DNA of 64,000 nucleotides, from the NCBI GenBank assembly GCA_027623325.1, contig JAQBXY010000001.1, positions 67,511 through 131,510 of the forward strand, given 5' to 3'. This document shows, in pieces, positions 46,471 to 55,802 of this stretch; the first letter of the stretch is position 1, and every line of letters starts with the position of its first letter. The translations under genes were made by a program, and so were the position numbers. The DNA is from Gemmatimonadota bacterium (GTDB lineage Bacteria > Gemmatimonadota > Gemmatimonadetes > Longimicrobiales > Gaopeijiaceae). The notes under the pieces were generated by a model. The model ran no database searches. It had not been told where the DNA came from and saw nothing but the letters and a program-made list of their open reading frames with translations.

Positions 46471-47403
46471 TCAGCGCCCCAATGGACGAGCTACGATGAT
46501 TCCGTCTTGGCCGGAGATGCCCTCGACGCGCTCCGCCAGGGTCGTCTCACTGACCTCGACCGCCGAGCCGACCAGTGGCGCATGCATGAGACGCAGCGTG
46601 CCCCCAACCCACAGGGCCAGGCCGGTATGCGCTACGTCCAGGCCCTCGACCGTGCTGGTCGCAGCAATGATGTCCCCGTTCTTGATTCGATCCGAGACGG
46701 CCGCGATCTCGCTCTGGGGAATAACGTTGCGCGGCCACTCCGACAGGGCTCGCTCGACGATCTGGATCCGTTCCACGTTGGCCGGATCAACCAGCTGTGG
46801 GTACGCATCGCGATGGGTCGTCATGAAGTCGATCGGCTCTGGGTCCACGACCCCACCCAATGTCTCGGTAACGTCTTTCAGTCGGAACCCCCGCTCGTTC
46901 GCCGTGATCCAATCCGTGAAGTAGTGCAGTCGGCTCGGATAACCCGCGATCACACCATCTCGATAGCGCAGGGTTGTGAGCTCGCGCTCATAAGCACCCT
47001 GGACGTATGCCCGATCGTCGAGACGTTGTGGAGCGTCGGACCTGACGATCCGTGACAGAGCGAACACGTTCTCGACAAAGGTCACGCAGTCGAGCCCCTG
47101 AAAGTTGATCACGAGGCGCTCGGGACCGGCGACCTCCAGGGTCCCCGGCACGTAGGCGGTTCCCACGAAAGACAGACCGATCTCTGCCATTCGCTCGCCC
47201 AAGGGAAGTGTGTCTACCCCAGCTCCGATAGCCCAACGGAGGGTCGACTCGAGGGTCTCCCAATCTTCGTCTGACCACGAGACCGGCTCCATGGCAATCG
47301 CGTCGGAGGGCGGACGATGGGGCTCGAACGGAGACCAGAGCGCCGCCGCGACGAAGAGGAGCACGACGGCAACCGGACCGAGAGCTGCTCGGTAGGCCTT
47401 CAC
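46471..47403 (-). CDS. DUF1460-family protein (N-acetylmuramoyl-L-alanine amidase-like fold) with N-terminal membrane anchor
   Basis: GTG 47403 overlaps the large-subunit stop (GTGA). LDCVTFVENVFAL and the overall pattern recall DUF1460. Hydrophobic VAVVLLFVAAAL anchor. Confidence 0.55.
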   Translation of the reverse strand: MKAYRAALGPVAVVLLFVAAALWSPFEPHRPPSDAIAMEPVSWSDEDWETLESTLRWAIGAGVDTLPLGERMAEIGLSFVGTAYVPGTLEVAGPERLVINFQGLDCVTFVENVFALSRIVRSDAPQRLDDRAYVQGAYERELTTLRYRDGVIAGYPSRLHYFTDWITANERGFRLKDVTETLGGVVDPEPIDFMTTHRDAYPQLVDPANVERIQIVERALSEWPRNVIPQSEIAAVSDRIKNGDIIAATSTVEGLDVAHTGLALWVGGTLRLMHAPLVGSAVEVSETTLAERVEGISGQDGIIVARPLGR

Positions 47404-49778
47404 GGTGCCCCGGGCCGTGACGGCTTGACCAGGGACCCACGGCTGCGCGCCGCCTTGATCCCTCGCCAAACGTTCGGTGGCGAAAAGGGTAGACGGTCCA
47501 TGCGGATACCGATCGCATCGTAAATGGCGTTCGCTATGGCAGGGATCGATGGATGCAGTGGCCCCTCACCCGCCTCCTTCGCGCCATAGGGACCCTCTGG
47601 ATCGATCGACTCAACGATGAGTGACTCGAGTTCCGGAGTGTCCAGACTCGTCGGGATCCTGTAGTCCAGCAGGGAAGGCGCATCGAGGAGGCCTGCACGA
47701 CCATGGTCGGCATCCTTGAACACATGCTGTTCCATCAGCGCTTCGCCGAACCCCATATACGCCGAGCCCTCCATTTGCCCCTCGACGAGGATCGGGTTCA
47801 ACGCCCGCCCACAGTCGTGGGCAACCCAGATCTTCTTCACATCAACAATGCCGGCTTCCACGTCGACTTCGACTTCGGCGACGTGCGCGGTAAAGGAATA
47901 GGCTGGAGACGCGCCGATCGTGCCGCCTCTATACTCTCCGTGCACGTCCTTCGGAGTGTTGTAGCTGCCGGTGGAACCGAGCGTGCCGAACTCGGCCTCT
48001 GCGAGGTTGAACGCCTCTCGGATAGGCATCTGCTTGGAGGTGTCGGGGGCCCACATGGCCCACCCGCCGGCGAGTAGCACTTCGTTCGGACGGACCTCCC
48101 AACTCTTACCCACGGCCTCCTGCACCATCTTGCGGAGCTTCACCGCCGCGTCGATCGCCGCATTACCCAGCATGAAGGTCACACGACTCGAGTAGGCGCC
48201 GAGATCGACCGGCGTGAAGTCGGTGTCGCCGCGCATGACACGCACCCAATCGAGCGGAACCCCAAGCTCCTCCGCTGCGATGTACGCGACCACCGAGTCG
48301 CAGCCCTGACCGATCTCACTCGCCCCGCTGAACACGGCGACCCGCCCGCTCCGATCGATCTGCATCTGCACGCCTGACTGAGGCATGTCGTTCGGGTAGA
48401 TCGGGTAGTTGGTCCCGCAGATGTAGGTCGATCCCGCGACCCCCACTCCGCGCCCGAACGGCATCTTTCGGAACTTCTCCTGCCAGCCGCTAGCACGTTC
48501 GACCGCTTCGAGACACTCCATGAAGCCGTTCGACGTGATGCGCAGCTCGTTGACGGTTCTCGTATGCTCGCCGATGAAGTTGCGACGACGAAACTCGAAC
48601 GGATCCAATCCGACCTTCTCGGAGAGCTTGTCGATCTGCACTTCGAAGGCGAACCGAGGTTGCACCGAACCATGCCCACGCTTGGGACCGCAGGCAGGCT
48701 TGTTCGTATAGACCCGCTTCGAGTCGAAGCGGTATGCCGGCATCGTATACGGGGCGCAGAGAAGCTGACCCGAGTAATAGGTAGTGACCAGGCCGAACGA
48801 AGCGTACGCCCCCCCGTCCAGAAGGATCTTCGCGTCCACGGAGGTCAGTTTCCCGTCCGACGTAGCGCCAGTCCGATACTTCATATGGAACGGATGGCGT
48901 CCGCGATGAGCGTAGAAGACCTCTTCACGGGTATATAGGATCTTGACCGGCCGCCCGGTCATCATCGCCAGCTTGGCGACACAAAACTCGAGATCGAAGG
49001 GCTCACTCTTTCCGCCGAACGCCCCACCAACCAGCGGCTGCAGGACCCGAACCTGAGCCTGCTCGATTTTGAGCACGCGCGACAACTCGCGGTGCAGGTA
49101 GTGCGGCACCTGAGTAGACGACCAGACTGTGAGCTTCGAGGACCCATCCCAGTGACCGATGGCACAGTGCGGCTCGATCGGCGCGTGTGTCGTCCCCTCG
49201 AAGAAGTACTCACCTTCCACCACGACGTCGGACCCGTCCAAGAGGCCGTCCACGTCGCCGAATTCCAGGTGAACCATCTTGGTGACGTTCCCGTTCCACC
49301 CGGCCTTGTGTGGCTCGTGAATGTACGGCGTGGACCCGTCGGCCGATGCCGCGTCGAACGGATCCAGAAACGCGGGAAGCTCCTCGTAGTCCACCTCGAT
49401 GAGCTTGAGTGCCCGGAGAGCCGTGTCCTCGTCGACGGCCGCCACGGCGGCGACGCCGTCCCCGATATATCGAACTCGGTCCACACACAGCGGGTACTCG
49501 TCGGGCGTCCACGGGATGATGCCGTACGTCGTCGGCATGTCCTGGCCGGTGACGATACCATGAACGCCGTCGAGGGCGGCGGCGCGGCTCACATCGATGG
49601 CACGAACGCGAGCGTGGGGATGCGGGCTCCGGAGAATTTTCCCGTGCAGCATGCCCGGGAACGTCAGATCATCCGTGTACACCGCCCGGCCCGTCGACTT
49701 CGCCAGACCTTCGATCTTGCGCTGATTCGTACCGATTAAGCGCAAGTCCGACTTTGAGTTAGGAGGCTTTACGCTCAC
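47400..49778 (-). CDS. molybdopterin-binding large subunit, xanthine dehydrogenase / aldehyde oxidase family
   Basis: GTG 49778 overlaps the small-subunit stop (GTGA). a/b-hammerhead N-terminus (GKILRSPHPHARV). GGAFGGK motif. ~790 aa. Confidence 0.85.
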   Translation of the reverse strand: MSVKPPNSKSDLRLIGTNQRKIEGLAKSTGRAVYTDDLTFPGMLHGKILRSPHPHARVRAIDVSRAAALDGVHGIVTGQDMPTTYGIIPWTPDEYPLCVDRVRYIGDGVAAVAAVDEDTALRALKLIEVDYEELPAFLDPFDAASADGSTPYIHEPHKAGWNGNVTKMVHLEFGDVDGLLDGSDVVVEGEYFFEGTTHAPIEPHCAIGHWDGSSKLTVWSSTQVPHYLHRELSRVLKIEQAQVRVLQPLVGGAFGGKSEPFDLEFCVAKLAMMTGRPVKILYTREEVFYAHRGRHPFHMKYRTGATSDGKLTSVDAKILLDGGAYASFGLVTTYYSGQLLCAPYTMPAYRFDSKRVYTNKPACGPKRGHGSVQPRFAFEVQIDKLSEKVGLDPFEFRRRNFIGEHTRTVNELRITSNGFMECLEAVERASGWQEKFRKMPFGRGVGVAGSTYICGTNYPIYPNDMPQSGVQMQIDRSGRVAVFSGASEIGQGCDSVVAYIAAEELGVPLDWVRVMRGDTDFTPVDLGAYSSRVTFMLGNAAIDAAVKLRKMVQEAVGKSWEVRPNEVLLAGGWAMWAPDTSKQMPIREAFNLAEAEFGTLGSTGSYNTPKDVHGEYRGGTIGASPAYSFTAHVAEVEVDVEAGIVDVKKIWVAHDCGRALNPILVEGQMEGSAYMGFGEALMEQHVFKDADHGRAGLLDAPSLLDYRIPTSLDTPELESLIVESIDPEGPYGAKEAGEGPLHPSIPAIANAIYDAIGIRMDRLPFSPPNVWRGIKAARSRGSLVKPSRPGAP

Positions 49779-50269
49779 GGGGCCTCCGCCGCATCGAGCA
49801 AACGCCGACCCGCCGCCTCTACTGCATCGTAGATCTTGGAATAGCCAGTGCACCGGCAGAGATTCCCAGACAGCGCCTCCTGGATCTCCTCTCGGCTGGG
49901 CGATGGATTACGTGTGAGGAGCACCGCCGCCGAACAGAGAATCCCCGGCGTACAGAAGCCGCACTGGGCCGCGCCGTTCAGATCGAAGCAGTCTTGAAGG
50001 GCATGAGGCCCGGCGGCAGTCGCAAGACCCTCGACCGTCGTTACCTGCCTTCCTTCTGCCTCCCAAACAGGCATCAGACACGACAACGTTGGTTCCCCGT
50101 CCACTATGACTGTACACGCCCCACAATCACCCTTGTCACACCCCTGCTTCGAGCCGGTCAGGCCGATCACGTAGCGGAGCGTTTCGAGCAGGGTGAAGTG
50201 TGTCGGCACGCCGACTTCGTGCCGGTCACCGTTTACAATCAGGCGGACGATGTCAGTGGTCGCGGGCAT
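49775..50269 (-). CDS. [2Fe-2S]-binding small subunit of the molybdoenzyme
   Basis: GCDKGDCGACTV and CGFCTPG...CRCTGY, two 2Fe-2S motifs typical of CoxS/HcrC-type subunits. Confidence 0.85.
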   Translation of the reverse strand: MPATTDIVRLIVNGDRHEVGVPTHFTLLETLRYVIGLTGSKQGCDKGDCGACTVIVDGEPTLSCLMPVWEAEGRQVTTVEGLATAAGPHALQDCFDLNGAAQCGFCTPGILCSAAVLLTRNPSPSREEIQEALSGNLCRCTGYSKIYDAVEAAGRRLLDAAEAP

Positions 50270-50327
50270 AGGCAGACAAGGTCGCCGCCCGCGCTGCGGA
50301 TCCGCAACGGCGCACCTCAAATCATGG

Positions 50328-50355
50328 TGGACAGTATTCAATCTTAAGGTATTAT
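50328..50355 (+). promoter_or_regulatory. candidate sigma70-type promoter for the bacilliredoxin gene
   Basis: TGGACA (50328..50333), a 16-nt spacer, then TATTAT (50350..50355), inside the only AT-rich patch of this intergenic region. About 50 nt upstream of ATG 50405. Confidence 0.4.
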
Positions 50356-50404
50356 TAGACCGGCCCGATCGTGCTCGGGGCCGCCCTGAACGAAGCGAGG
50401 TTCG

Positions 50405-50821
50405 ATGCCATATCCTGAAATGATGATCGCGCCGATGCGGGAAGATCTGGTCCGCGTGGGCTTTACTGAAATGAAGACTCCGGCTGAAGTGGATGCCGCC
50501 CTCGCTAACGAAACGCGGACGGCGTTGGTCGTGGTGAACTCCGTGTGCGGCTGCGCCGCTGCGATGATGCGGCCCGCGGTCTACCTCTCGCTTCAGGGGC
50601 AGAAGAAGCCCGAAGTGCTCACCACGGTCTTCGCCGGGCAGGACATGGAGGCCACCGACCGTACGCGCGACTACATCACCGGGTATCCGCCTTCATCCCC
50701 GTCGGTCGCACTCTTCAAGGACGGTGAGCTCGCCTATTTCATGGAGCGTCACCAGATCGAAGGGCGCCACCCTGAAGACATTGCAGCGGATTTGAAGGCT
50801 GCGTACGAGGAGCATTGCTGA
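50405..50821 (+). CDS. bacilliredoxin (BrxA/BrxB, DUF1094/YphP family)
   Basis: MIAPMREDL...VVVNSVCGCAA, a CGC redox motif in a thioredoxin-like fold. Family-typical length. Confidence 0.8.
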   Translation: MPYPEMMIAPMREDLVRVGFTEMKTPAEVDAALANETRTALVVVNSVCGCAAAMMRPAVYLSLQGQKKPEVLTTVFAGQDMEATDRTRDYITGYPPSSPSVALFKDGELAYFMERHQIEGRHPEDIAADLKAAYEEHC

Positions 50822-50858
50822 CGCAGTAGAACTCCTCTGGAGTATCGCGGGACAGTTG

Positions 50859-50897
50859 GAAGGGCGGGGTCCGGTGAAAGATCGGACCCCGCCCTTC
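50859..50897 (+). terminator. stem-loop terminator after the bacilliredoxin gene
   Basis: GAAGGGCGGGGTCCG-GTGAAAGAT-CGGACCCCGCCCTTC, a perfect 15-bp stem followed by a weak T-tract (GTATTC). Confidence 0.55.
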
Positions 50898-51036
50898 GTA
50901 TTCAGACGTGCAACTTTCGCTCCGGCAGCTGCGTCTCTACAGGAGCGAGGAAGCGGCGAGCAGCGATCGATCTTCGGTCGGCGGCGCGCCGAGCGAGCCA
51001 GGGGGCTCGCCACCACTCAATGGGAGGATGACGACG

Positions 51037-51438
51037 ATGAAGAGGATGTATCGGGTGGCACTCATGCTGGGCCTCGGCGCCGCGATCGCGGCACCGGTCG
51101 GGGCCACCGAAACCGACGGCCCTGATCGGGCGGGCACCAACGAGATCTACGTAGTCAACAACCACGGAGTCTCGGTCCGCGTTTATGCCGAGGATGCCCA
51201 GGGCAAACTGCACCGACTCGGTCGGGTAGCCCGGGGATCTCTCAAGGCCTTCCAGATTCCGGATGACATCTCGGCGCAGGATTTCCGGATTAAGGTTTTT
51301 CCGAGCCCAGCGGGCTCGGAGCAGTCGGACGACTACGGCGTCAAGACCAACGTGCTCGACGTGGCCTCGGCTCGTCAGGTCACACTTTGGCTCGAGTCGG
51401 ACCTGTCCCGATCTGTGGTTGAGATCGACCGCGGCTGA
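51037..51438 (+). CDS. hypothetical secreted protein
   Basis: GGGAGG lies 9 nt upstream of ATG 51037. Signal peptide MKRMYRVALMLGLGAAIAAPVGA. No recognised domain. Confidence 0.55.
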   Translation: MKRMYRVALMLGLGAAIAAPVGATETDGPDRAGTNEIYVVNNHGVSVRVYAEDAQGKLHRLGRVARGSLKAFQIPDDISAQDFRIKVFPSPAGSEQSDDYGVKTNVLDVASARQVTLWLESDLSRSVVEIDRG

Positions 51439-51463
51439 GCGGCATTCGACCCGGTAGCTAGAT

Positions 51464-51508
51464 GACCCAGGGGTCGTGGGGGGAAAAGGCTCCCGCGACC
51501 CCTGGGTC
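51464..51508. terminator. bidirectional hairpin between convergent genes
   Basis: GACCCAGGGGTCG (51464..51476) pairs perfectly with CGACCCCTGGGTC (51496..51508) across a 19-nt G/A-rich loop. Outer GATGACC/GGTCATC pairing is also possible. Confidence 0.5.
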
Positions 51509-51515
51509 GGCTAGG

Positions 51516-52346
51516 TCATCGGCCGCGGATGCGGTCCCGTTGGCGGCCGGCGATCTCCACGAGGCGCCGCATCTCCACGATCGGACTCTCCGAGTCGTCG
51601 ACTTGGAGGCGCAGCACCACATCGTTGTGGAGCCATACGCCCGCATCTTCCTTCACGATGATCATGGCGGCCGACTGCATGCCACGCCGGTCGCCCCCGG
51701 CCGCCTGACCCGCCTCCAGCGCCGCCAGTAGGCGGAACGAGAGGTGTCCTTCGGTCGCTTCGAACGCTTCGATCATCGCGTCGACCACCGCCTCGCCCGC
51801 CAGGATATTGCCTTGGGCCGAAACATGGAGCCCGATGCGGTGGCCGGCCCAATCCGAGGCGCTCGAGCCCGTGTGCGTCGCCACGTTCCCCCGCGCATCC
51901 ATGACGGAGAACTGGCGACCCTCGATCGTCCACCGCTCGGGCTGTGGATTCGGATCGTTGCGCAGGATGGTTCTGACTACCTCGGCTGGTGCCATCCCCT
52001 GTCGGAGCAACTCGATGCCCTGGGGTCCATAGCTGACATCGACAATGGCCTGAGTGGCCACGACGCCGACGTTGGCTTCGGCCCACAAGACACCATTCCC
52101 GACGGAGAAGACACGCGACTGAACGGCCCCCCCCACCTCCCCGCTTTCCGGGTCGTATCCGAGAACCGAAAAAGTGGCGACCGGGGGCCACCGGTCGACC
52201 TCTGCGTCGGAAACCACGCCGACCTCACGTTCTGTCGACTCCGCGAGCATTGAGCGGGTCGACGCGTCGGGAGATCTCAGGACCAAGCTTCCGGCCGCGA
52301 CGAAGCCGGCGATCGCGAGCAACCCTACGAACCGGAGTACGCTCAT
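51516..52346 (-). CDS. DUF1028-family Ntn-hydrolase-like protein, membrane-anchored or secreted
   Basis: ATG 52346 overlaps the cupin stop (ATGA). VATFSVLGYDPESGEVGGAVQSRVFSVG is the DUF1028 N-terminal signature. Confidence 0.7.
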   Translation of the reverse strand: MSVLRFVGLLAIAGFVAAGSLVLRSPDASTRSMLAESTEREVGVVSDAEVDRWPPVATFSVLGYDPESGEVGGAVQSRVFSVGNGVLWAEANVGVVATQAIVDVSYGPQGIELLRQGMAPAEVVRTILRNDPNPQPERWTIEGRQFSVMDARGNVATHTGSSASDWAGHRIGLHVSAQGNILAGEAVVDAMIEAFEATEGHLSFRLLAALEAGQAAGGDRRGMQSAAMIIVKEDAGVWLHNDVVLRLQVDDSESPIVEMRRLVEIAGRQRDRIRGR

Positions 52347-52666
52347 CGGTATTCCTCCCGGACGGGTGAGAATACGTCCAGGATTCGGCATGGCGTATGG
52401 GCCCGACCGGAGTGTCTGACTCCGCCCGGTATCGCCAGAACGTCACCGCTGTTGAGAACGAAGGACTGTCCGTCCACGAGCAGTTCATAGCGACCCTCGA
52501 GAACGTTGACGATCTGTTCGTGCGGGTGGCTATGCTCCGGCAGCAGAGCATCCGCCTCGATCTGCCAATAGACGTGGGTCGTGTGTTCGGAGTGGATGAA
52601 ACGACCGTGGTGACCAGGTACGAGCTCACGCGGATCGAGGGAAGCGACTTCGTAGCGGGTGGCCAT
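52343..52666 (-). CDS. cupin-domain protein
   Basis: EHSHPHEQIVNVLEG and GDVLAIPGGVRHS are the two cupin motifs. Confidence 0.8.
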   Translation of the reverse strand: MATRYEVASLDPRELVPGHHGRFIHSEHTTHVYWQIEADALLPEHSHPHEQIVNVLEGRYELLVDGQSFVLNSGDVLAIPGGVRHSGRAHTPCRILDVFSPVREEYR

Positions 52667-54090
52667 CAGTGGTCCTCCATGACGGGGCGAGTCGCGGCGA
52701 AGCGCTCCAAGATTCGCAGCGTCATGGCTACTCCGCGACGTACGTTCTCTTCGGTTACCCTCTCGTCGTTTCCGTGCACTCCACCCGAATCGGCTGAAGG
52801 TGTCGCAGTCGCAGTATATCCGTAGCTCGTAATTCCAAGGTCCCGAAAGAAGTGGCTATCGGTGAAGCCACCGACGACCTGAGGAACGAACCCGGCATCC
52901 GGAAACTCCTCGAGCGTCACGTCGCGGACCGTCCGATAGAGATCCGTGTCCGTGGACGAGACGGCCGGAGTGAAGCCCATCAAGACCTCCACCTCGACCT
53001 CGGATCCCAATACCCTCCGCACCTCGGCGAGCCACGCGTCGGGATCCTGGTCCGGAAGCAGTCTGCAGTCGATCTCAGCCGCGACCTCGGGTGAAACCAC
53101 GTTGATCTTTTCGCTTCCTTCGAAACGGGTGATGGAGCAGGTGTTCCGCGTCAACGCGTGTAGCCCCGGGTCATAAAGCTGCAGCTCCCTCAACACCCCC
53201 GCGTCCCCGATCACGGCACCAAAGTTCTCGAAGCGGCTGCGCCACGGCTCGGCGTACCCCTCCGCCATTCCGCGAAAGTGGACATCGACCGCCGGGATGA
53301 GTCGGGCTTCGAATTCGTGGCGGCGAAAACGATCCAGAGCTTCGATCATCTTGACCGAGGCATACGTGACGAGAGGCCTCGATCCGTGTCCCGGCTCGCC
53401 CCTCGCGGTGAGACGGAGCCAATACGGGACCTTCTGGGTCACCTCGAGGCCGAAGTTGATGGCGCCATCTACGTCCGAACCACCGCCACCTTCGTTGAGC
53501 AGAAAACCGATTCCCTCGAAGATTTCAGGGCGGTTCTCGACCAACCAGCCAGCGCCGAAGAAGCCTCCGGCTTCCTCATCGGCGGTCGCCATGAAGACGA
53601 CATCCCTCGTCAACGGTATCGCGGTCCGGTGTAGCGCCAGGAATGTCGCCAGATGCAGGATGCCGCTCGTCTTCGTGTCGAGCGCCCCGCGACCGTAGAC
53701 GTAGCCGTCCCGCAGCTCTCCCGAAAGCGGATCAGACGTCCAGAAACGCGCATCGGCAGGTACCACGTCCATGTGGTGGAGCAGGACGATACCCGGTTCG
53801 TCACCACCTTCGAGGCGCGCCCAGATGTTGCCCCGTCCGGGCGCGGATTCGGCCATTTCGTAGGTGATGCCCTCGGCCTCGAAGATCCGGGCGAAGAACC
53901 CGGCCGATTCTACCTCGTTTCCAGGCGGGTTGATCGTGTTGATGCGGATGTACTCCTGAAGCCAGGCAAGCGCCTCATCTTGCAGCGCCTCGAGATCCAG
54001 CTGAGCGGCCACGGGTGCGGAGGTTCCGGCGATGGCCGTGAACATCACGGTCAGGCCAAGGGCAATACGCGACACAGATCTTTGCATCAT
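52666..54090 (-). CDS. secreted M20-family metallopeptidase
   Basis: Signal peptide MMQRSVSRIALGLTVMFTAIAGTSAPVAAQ. LLHHMDVVPA and ATADEEAGG metal-ligand motifs. Its stop overlaps the cupin start by 1 nt. Confidence 0.8.
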   Translation of the reverse strand: MMQRSVSRIALGLTVMFTAIAGTSAPVAAQLDLEALQDEALAWLQEYIRINTINPPGNEVESAGFFARIFEAEGITYEMAESAPGRGNIWARLEGGDEPGIVLLHHMDVVPADARFWTSDPLSGELRDGYVYGRGALDTKTSGILHLATFLALHRTAIPLTRDVVFMATADEEAGGFFGAGWLVENRPEIFEGIGFLLNEGGGGSDVDGAINFGLEVTQKVPYWLRLTARGEPGHGSRPLVTYASVKMIEALDRFRRHEFEARLIPAVDVHFRGMAEGYAEPWRSRFENFGAVIGDAGVLRELQLYDPGLHALTRNTCSITRFEGSEKINVVSPEVAAEIDCRLLPDQDPDAWLAEVRRVLGSEVEVEVLMGFTPAVSSTDTDLYRTVRDVTLEEFPDAGFVPQVVGGFTDSHFFRDLGITSYGYTATATPSADSGGVHGNDERVTEENVRRGVAMTLRILERFAATRPVMEDH

Positions 54091-54152
54091 CCATCCTCGG
54101 ATTTGGCGAACTCTTGTGGAGCCGCGCGCGAGGGCGGCGCACGGCGGACCAT

Positions 54153-55802
54153 TCACCTGCTGCGGGGTTGAAAGTCAGCCTCGAACAGGGTCCAAACATT
54201 GGGATCGAGCGTAACGTTGCTCGGCTCCGCATCAACGGGAATGACGAAACGATGGAACCGGCCATCGATCGAGACCGTCTCAAGCACCGACGGTGTGTGG
54301 CTCCCCTCGAAATGGATGCCCACTTCCAGCGGCATCGTGTAGGTCGGCCCGGCGATCTGGGATTGATTCAGTTCGATGCGTACCGCCTGAGCGCTCGGGT
54401 CGTAGTCCCACCAACCCTCGAAGCGAGGATTGCCCCCACTGTACAGCCACTGCTGAAAGAAGACTCGGAGGTCGAGTCCCGAAGCCTCCTCCATGGCGAT
54501 GCGGAAATCCGTCGTCGTCGCGTTCCCGTTCATGTATCGGGCATAGTACGACTTCACTCCTGCCCAGAACGCTTCGTCACCCATACGACCGCGGAGCATG
54601 TGGAGCACCCAGGACCCTTTCTGATATGTGGCTCCGCTCGTGACCCGACTCATGTCCTCGAGGTCGTCGTGCACGATCCGATACTCGGGATCGGTCTCGT
54701 ACTGGCTAAACACTCGTTGGGCAGAACTTCGCAGGCCCGCCACAAACTCGTCCCTTCCGTACGCATGTTCGATAAAGAGCAGCGTGAAGTAGGTCGCGAA
54801 CCCTTCGCTCAGCCAAACGTCGTCCCAGTCGGACTCGGTCACTGCGTTGCCGAACCACTGATGAGCAACCTCGTGGATGATCACGTTTCGCCATCGGACG
54901 CTGCGATCCCCGGTGACCGAGTTCTCCCCGTACATGATGGCCGTGGCGGCCTCCATCCCACCCCCGGTCGCCGGCGAGGTGATGTTCGCGAGCTTCTCGT
55001 AGGCGTAGGGCCCGACGTAGTCGGAGTAAAACTCCATGACCTGCTTGGTCGGGACCGCAAAGTCGTAGAAGCCGGCCTCACGATCCCGTGCGTAGACCCA
55101 GGTCTGGATCGGCTTGCCGTCGAAATCGCCGACGTGCTGCACCGCGAAGCGCGCGACCCCGAGAACGTAGAGCCAGGACGCGATCGGAACGGACTGCCTC
55201 CAGTGCGTTCGTCGGGCCCCCTCCGGCAGGTCCGTCTCTTCGACCAGCAGTCCGTTCGAGACAACCTGATAGTGGGCGGGTGCCGTCACTACGAACTCGT
55301 TCATGGCCTTGTCATACGGATGATCGACTGTGGGCAGCCAACTGCGAGCACGATTGGGCCAGTTGTCGCTGAAGAACGTCCGTTCTCCATACTTGTTCGG
55401 TCCGATTCTGAGGCCGCTCGCGGGCTCGCCTCGGTACTCCACGACCACATCCAGGCGCGTCCCGGACCGGCCCGATTCGGCCAGTGCCACGCGCAGAACG
55501 TCGCGATCATGGACGAAGGTGAGGGCCCTGCCGTTCGAAGCCACGGAGCTGACGGTCATTCCGGCGCCGTCCGGGTTCACGCTCCCCAGGTCGAGCAGGA
55601 GTTTGGTGCTGCCGTTGGCCGTGAAGCGGAGCGACACAGTGGTGCGTCCGACGACTTCGTCGGTGTCGTCGCTGAGTGTCAATTCGAAGCGATAGTTCTC
55701 GACGTCGATGCCGATTCTGCGTTGATAGTTGTCGACGCTCGGAACGGCGACCGTCGCTGCGGTCAGAAGAGTTGTACCGAGTAACCATACAGCGCGCATC
55801 AT
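54153..55802 (-). CDS. secreted M1-family aminopeptidase
   Basis: HEVAHQWFGNAVT...WLSEGFATY (HExxH-x18-E). GGMEAATA (GxMEN-like exopeptidase motif). Signal peptide MMRAVWLLGTTLLTAATVA. Confidence 0.85.
   Translation of the reverse strand: MMRAVWLLGTTLLTAATVAVPSVDNYQRRIGIDVENYRFELTLSDDTDEVVGRTTVSLRFTANGSTKLLLDLGSVNPDGAGMTVSSVASNGRALTFVHDRDVLRVALAESGRSGTRLDVVVEYRGEPASGLRIGPNKYGERTFFSDNWPNRARSWLPTVDHPYDKAMNEFVVTAPAHYQVVSNGLLVEETDLPEGARRTHWRQSVPIASWLYVLGVARFAVQHVGDFDGKPIQTWVYARDREAGFYDFAVPTKQVMEFYSDYVGPYAYEKLANITSPATGGGMEAATAIMYGENSVTGDRSVRWRNVIIHEVAHQWFGNAVTESDWDDVWLSEGFATYFTLLFIEHAYGRDEFVAGLRSSAQRVFSQYETDPEYRIVHDDLEDMSRVTSGATYQKGSWVLHMLRGRMGDEAFWAGVKSYYARYMNGNATTTDFRIAMEEASGLDLRVFFQQWLYSGGNPRFEGWWDYDPSAQAVRIELNQSQIAGPTYTMPLEVGIHFEGSHTPSVLETVSIDGRFHRFVIPVDAEPSNVTLDPNVWTLFEADFQPRSR

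Noticed and set aside
54091-54156. GTG 54156 (overlapping the M1 stop as GTGA) as the start of the M20 peptidase
   Set aside because: It is possible, but it would place 22 extra residues in front of a clear Sec signal peptide. ATG 54090/54087, with a GAGGA upstream, is preferred. It is kept as an alternative only.
54114-55784. 556-aa plus-strand ORF
   Set aside because: It is antisense to the M1 aminopeptidase, which carries HExxH-x18-E. The translation is low-complexity and Arg/Val/Pro-rich. Shadow ORF.
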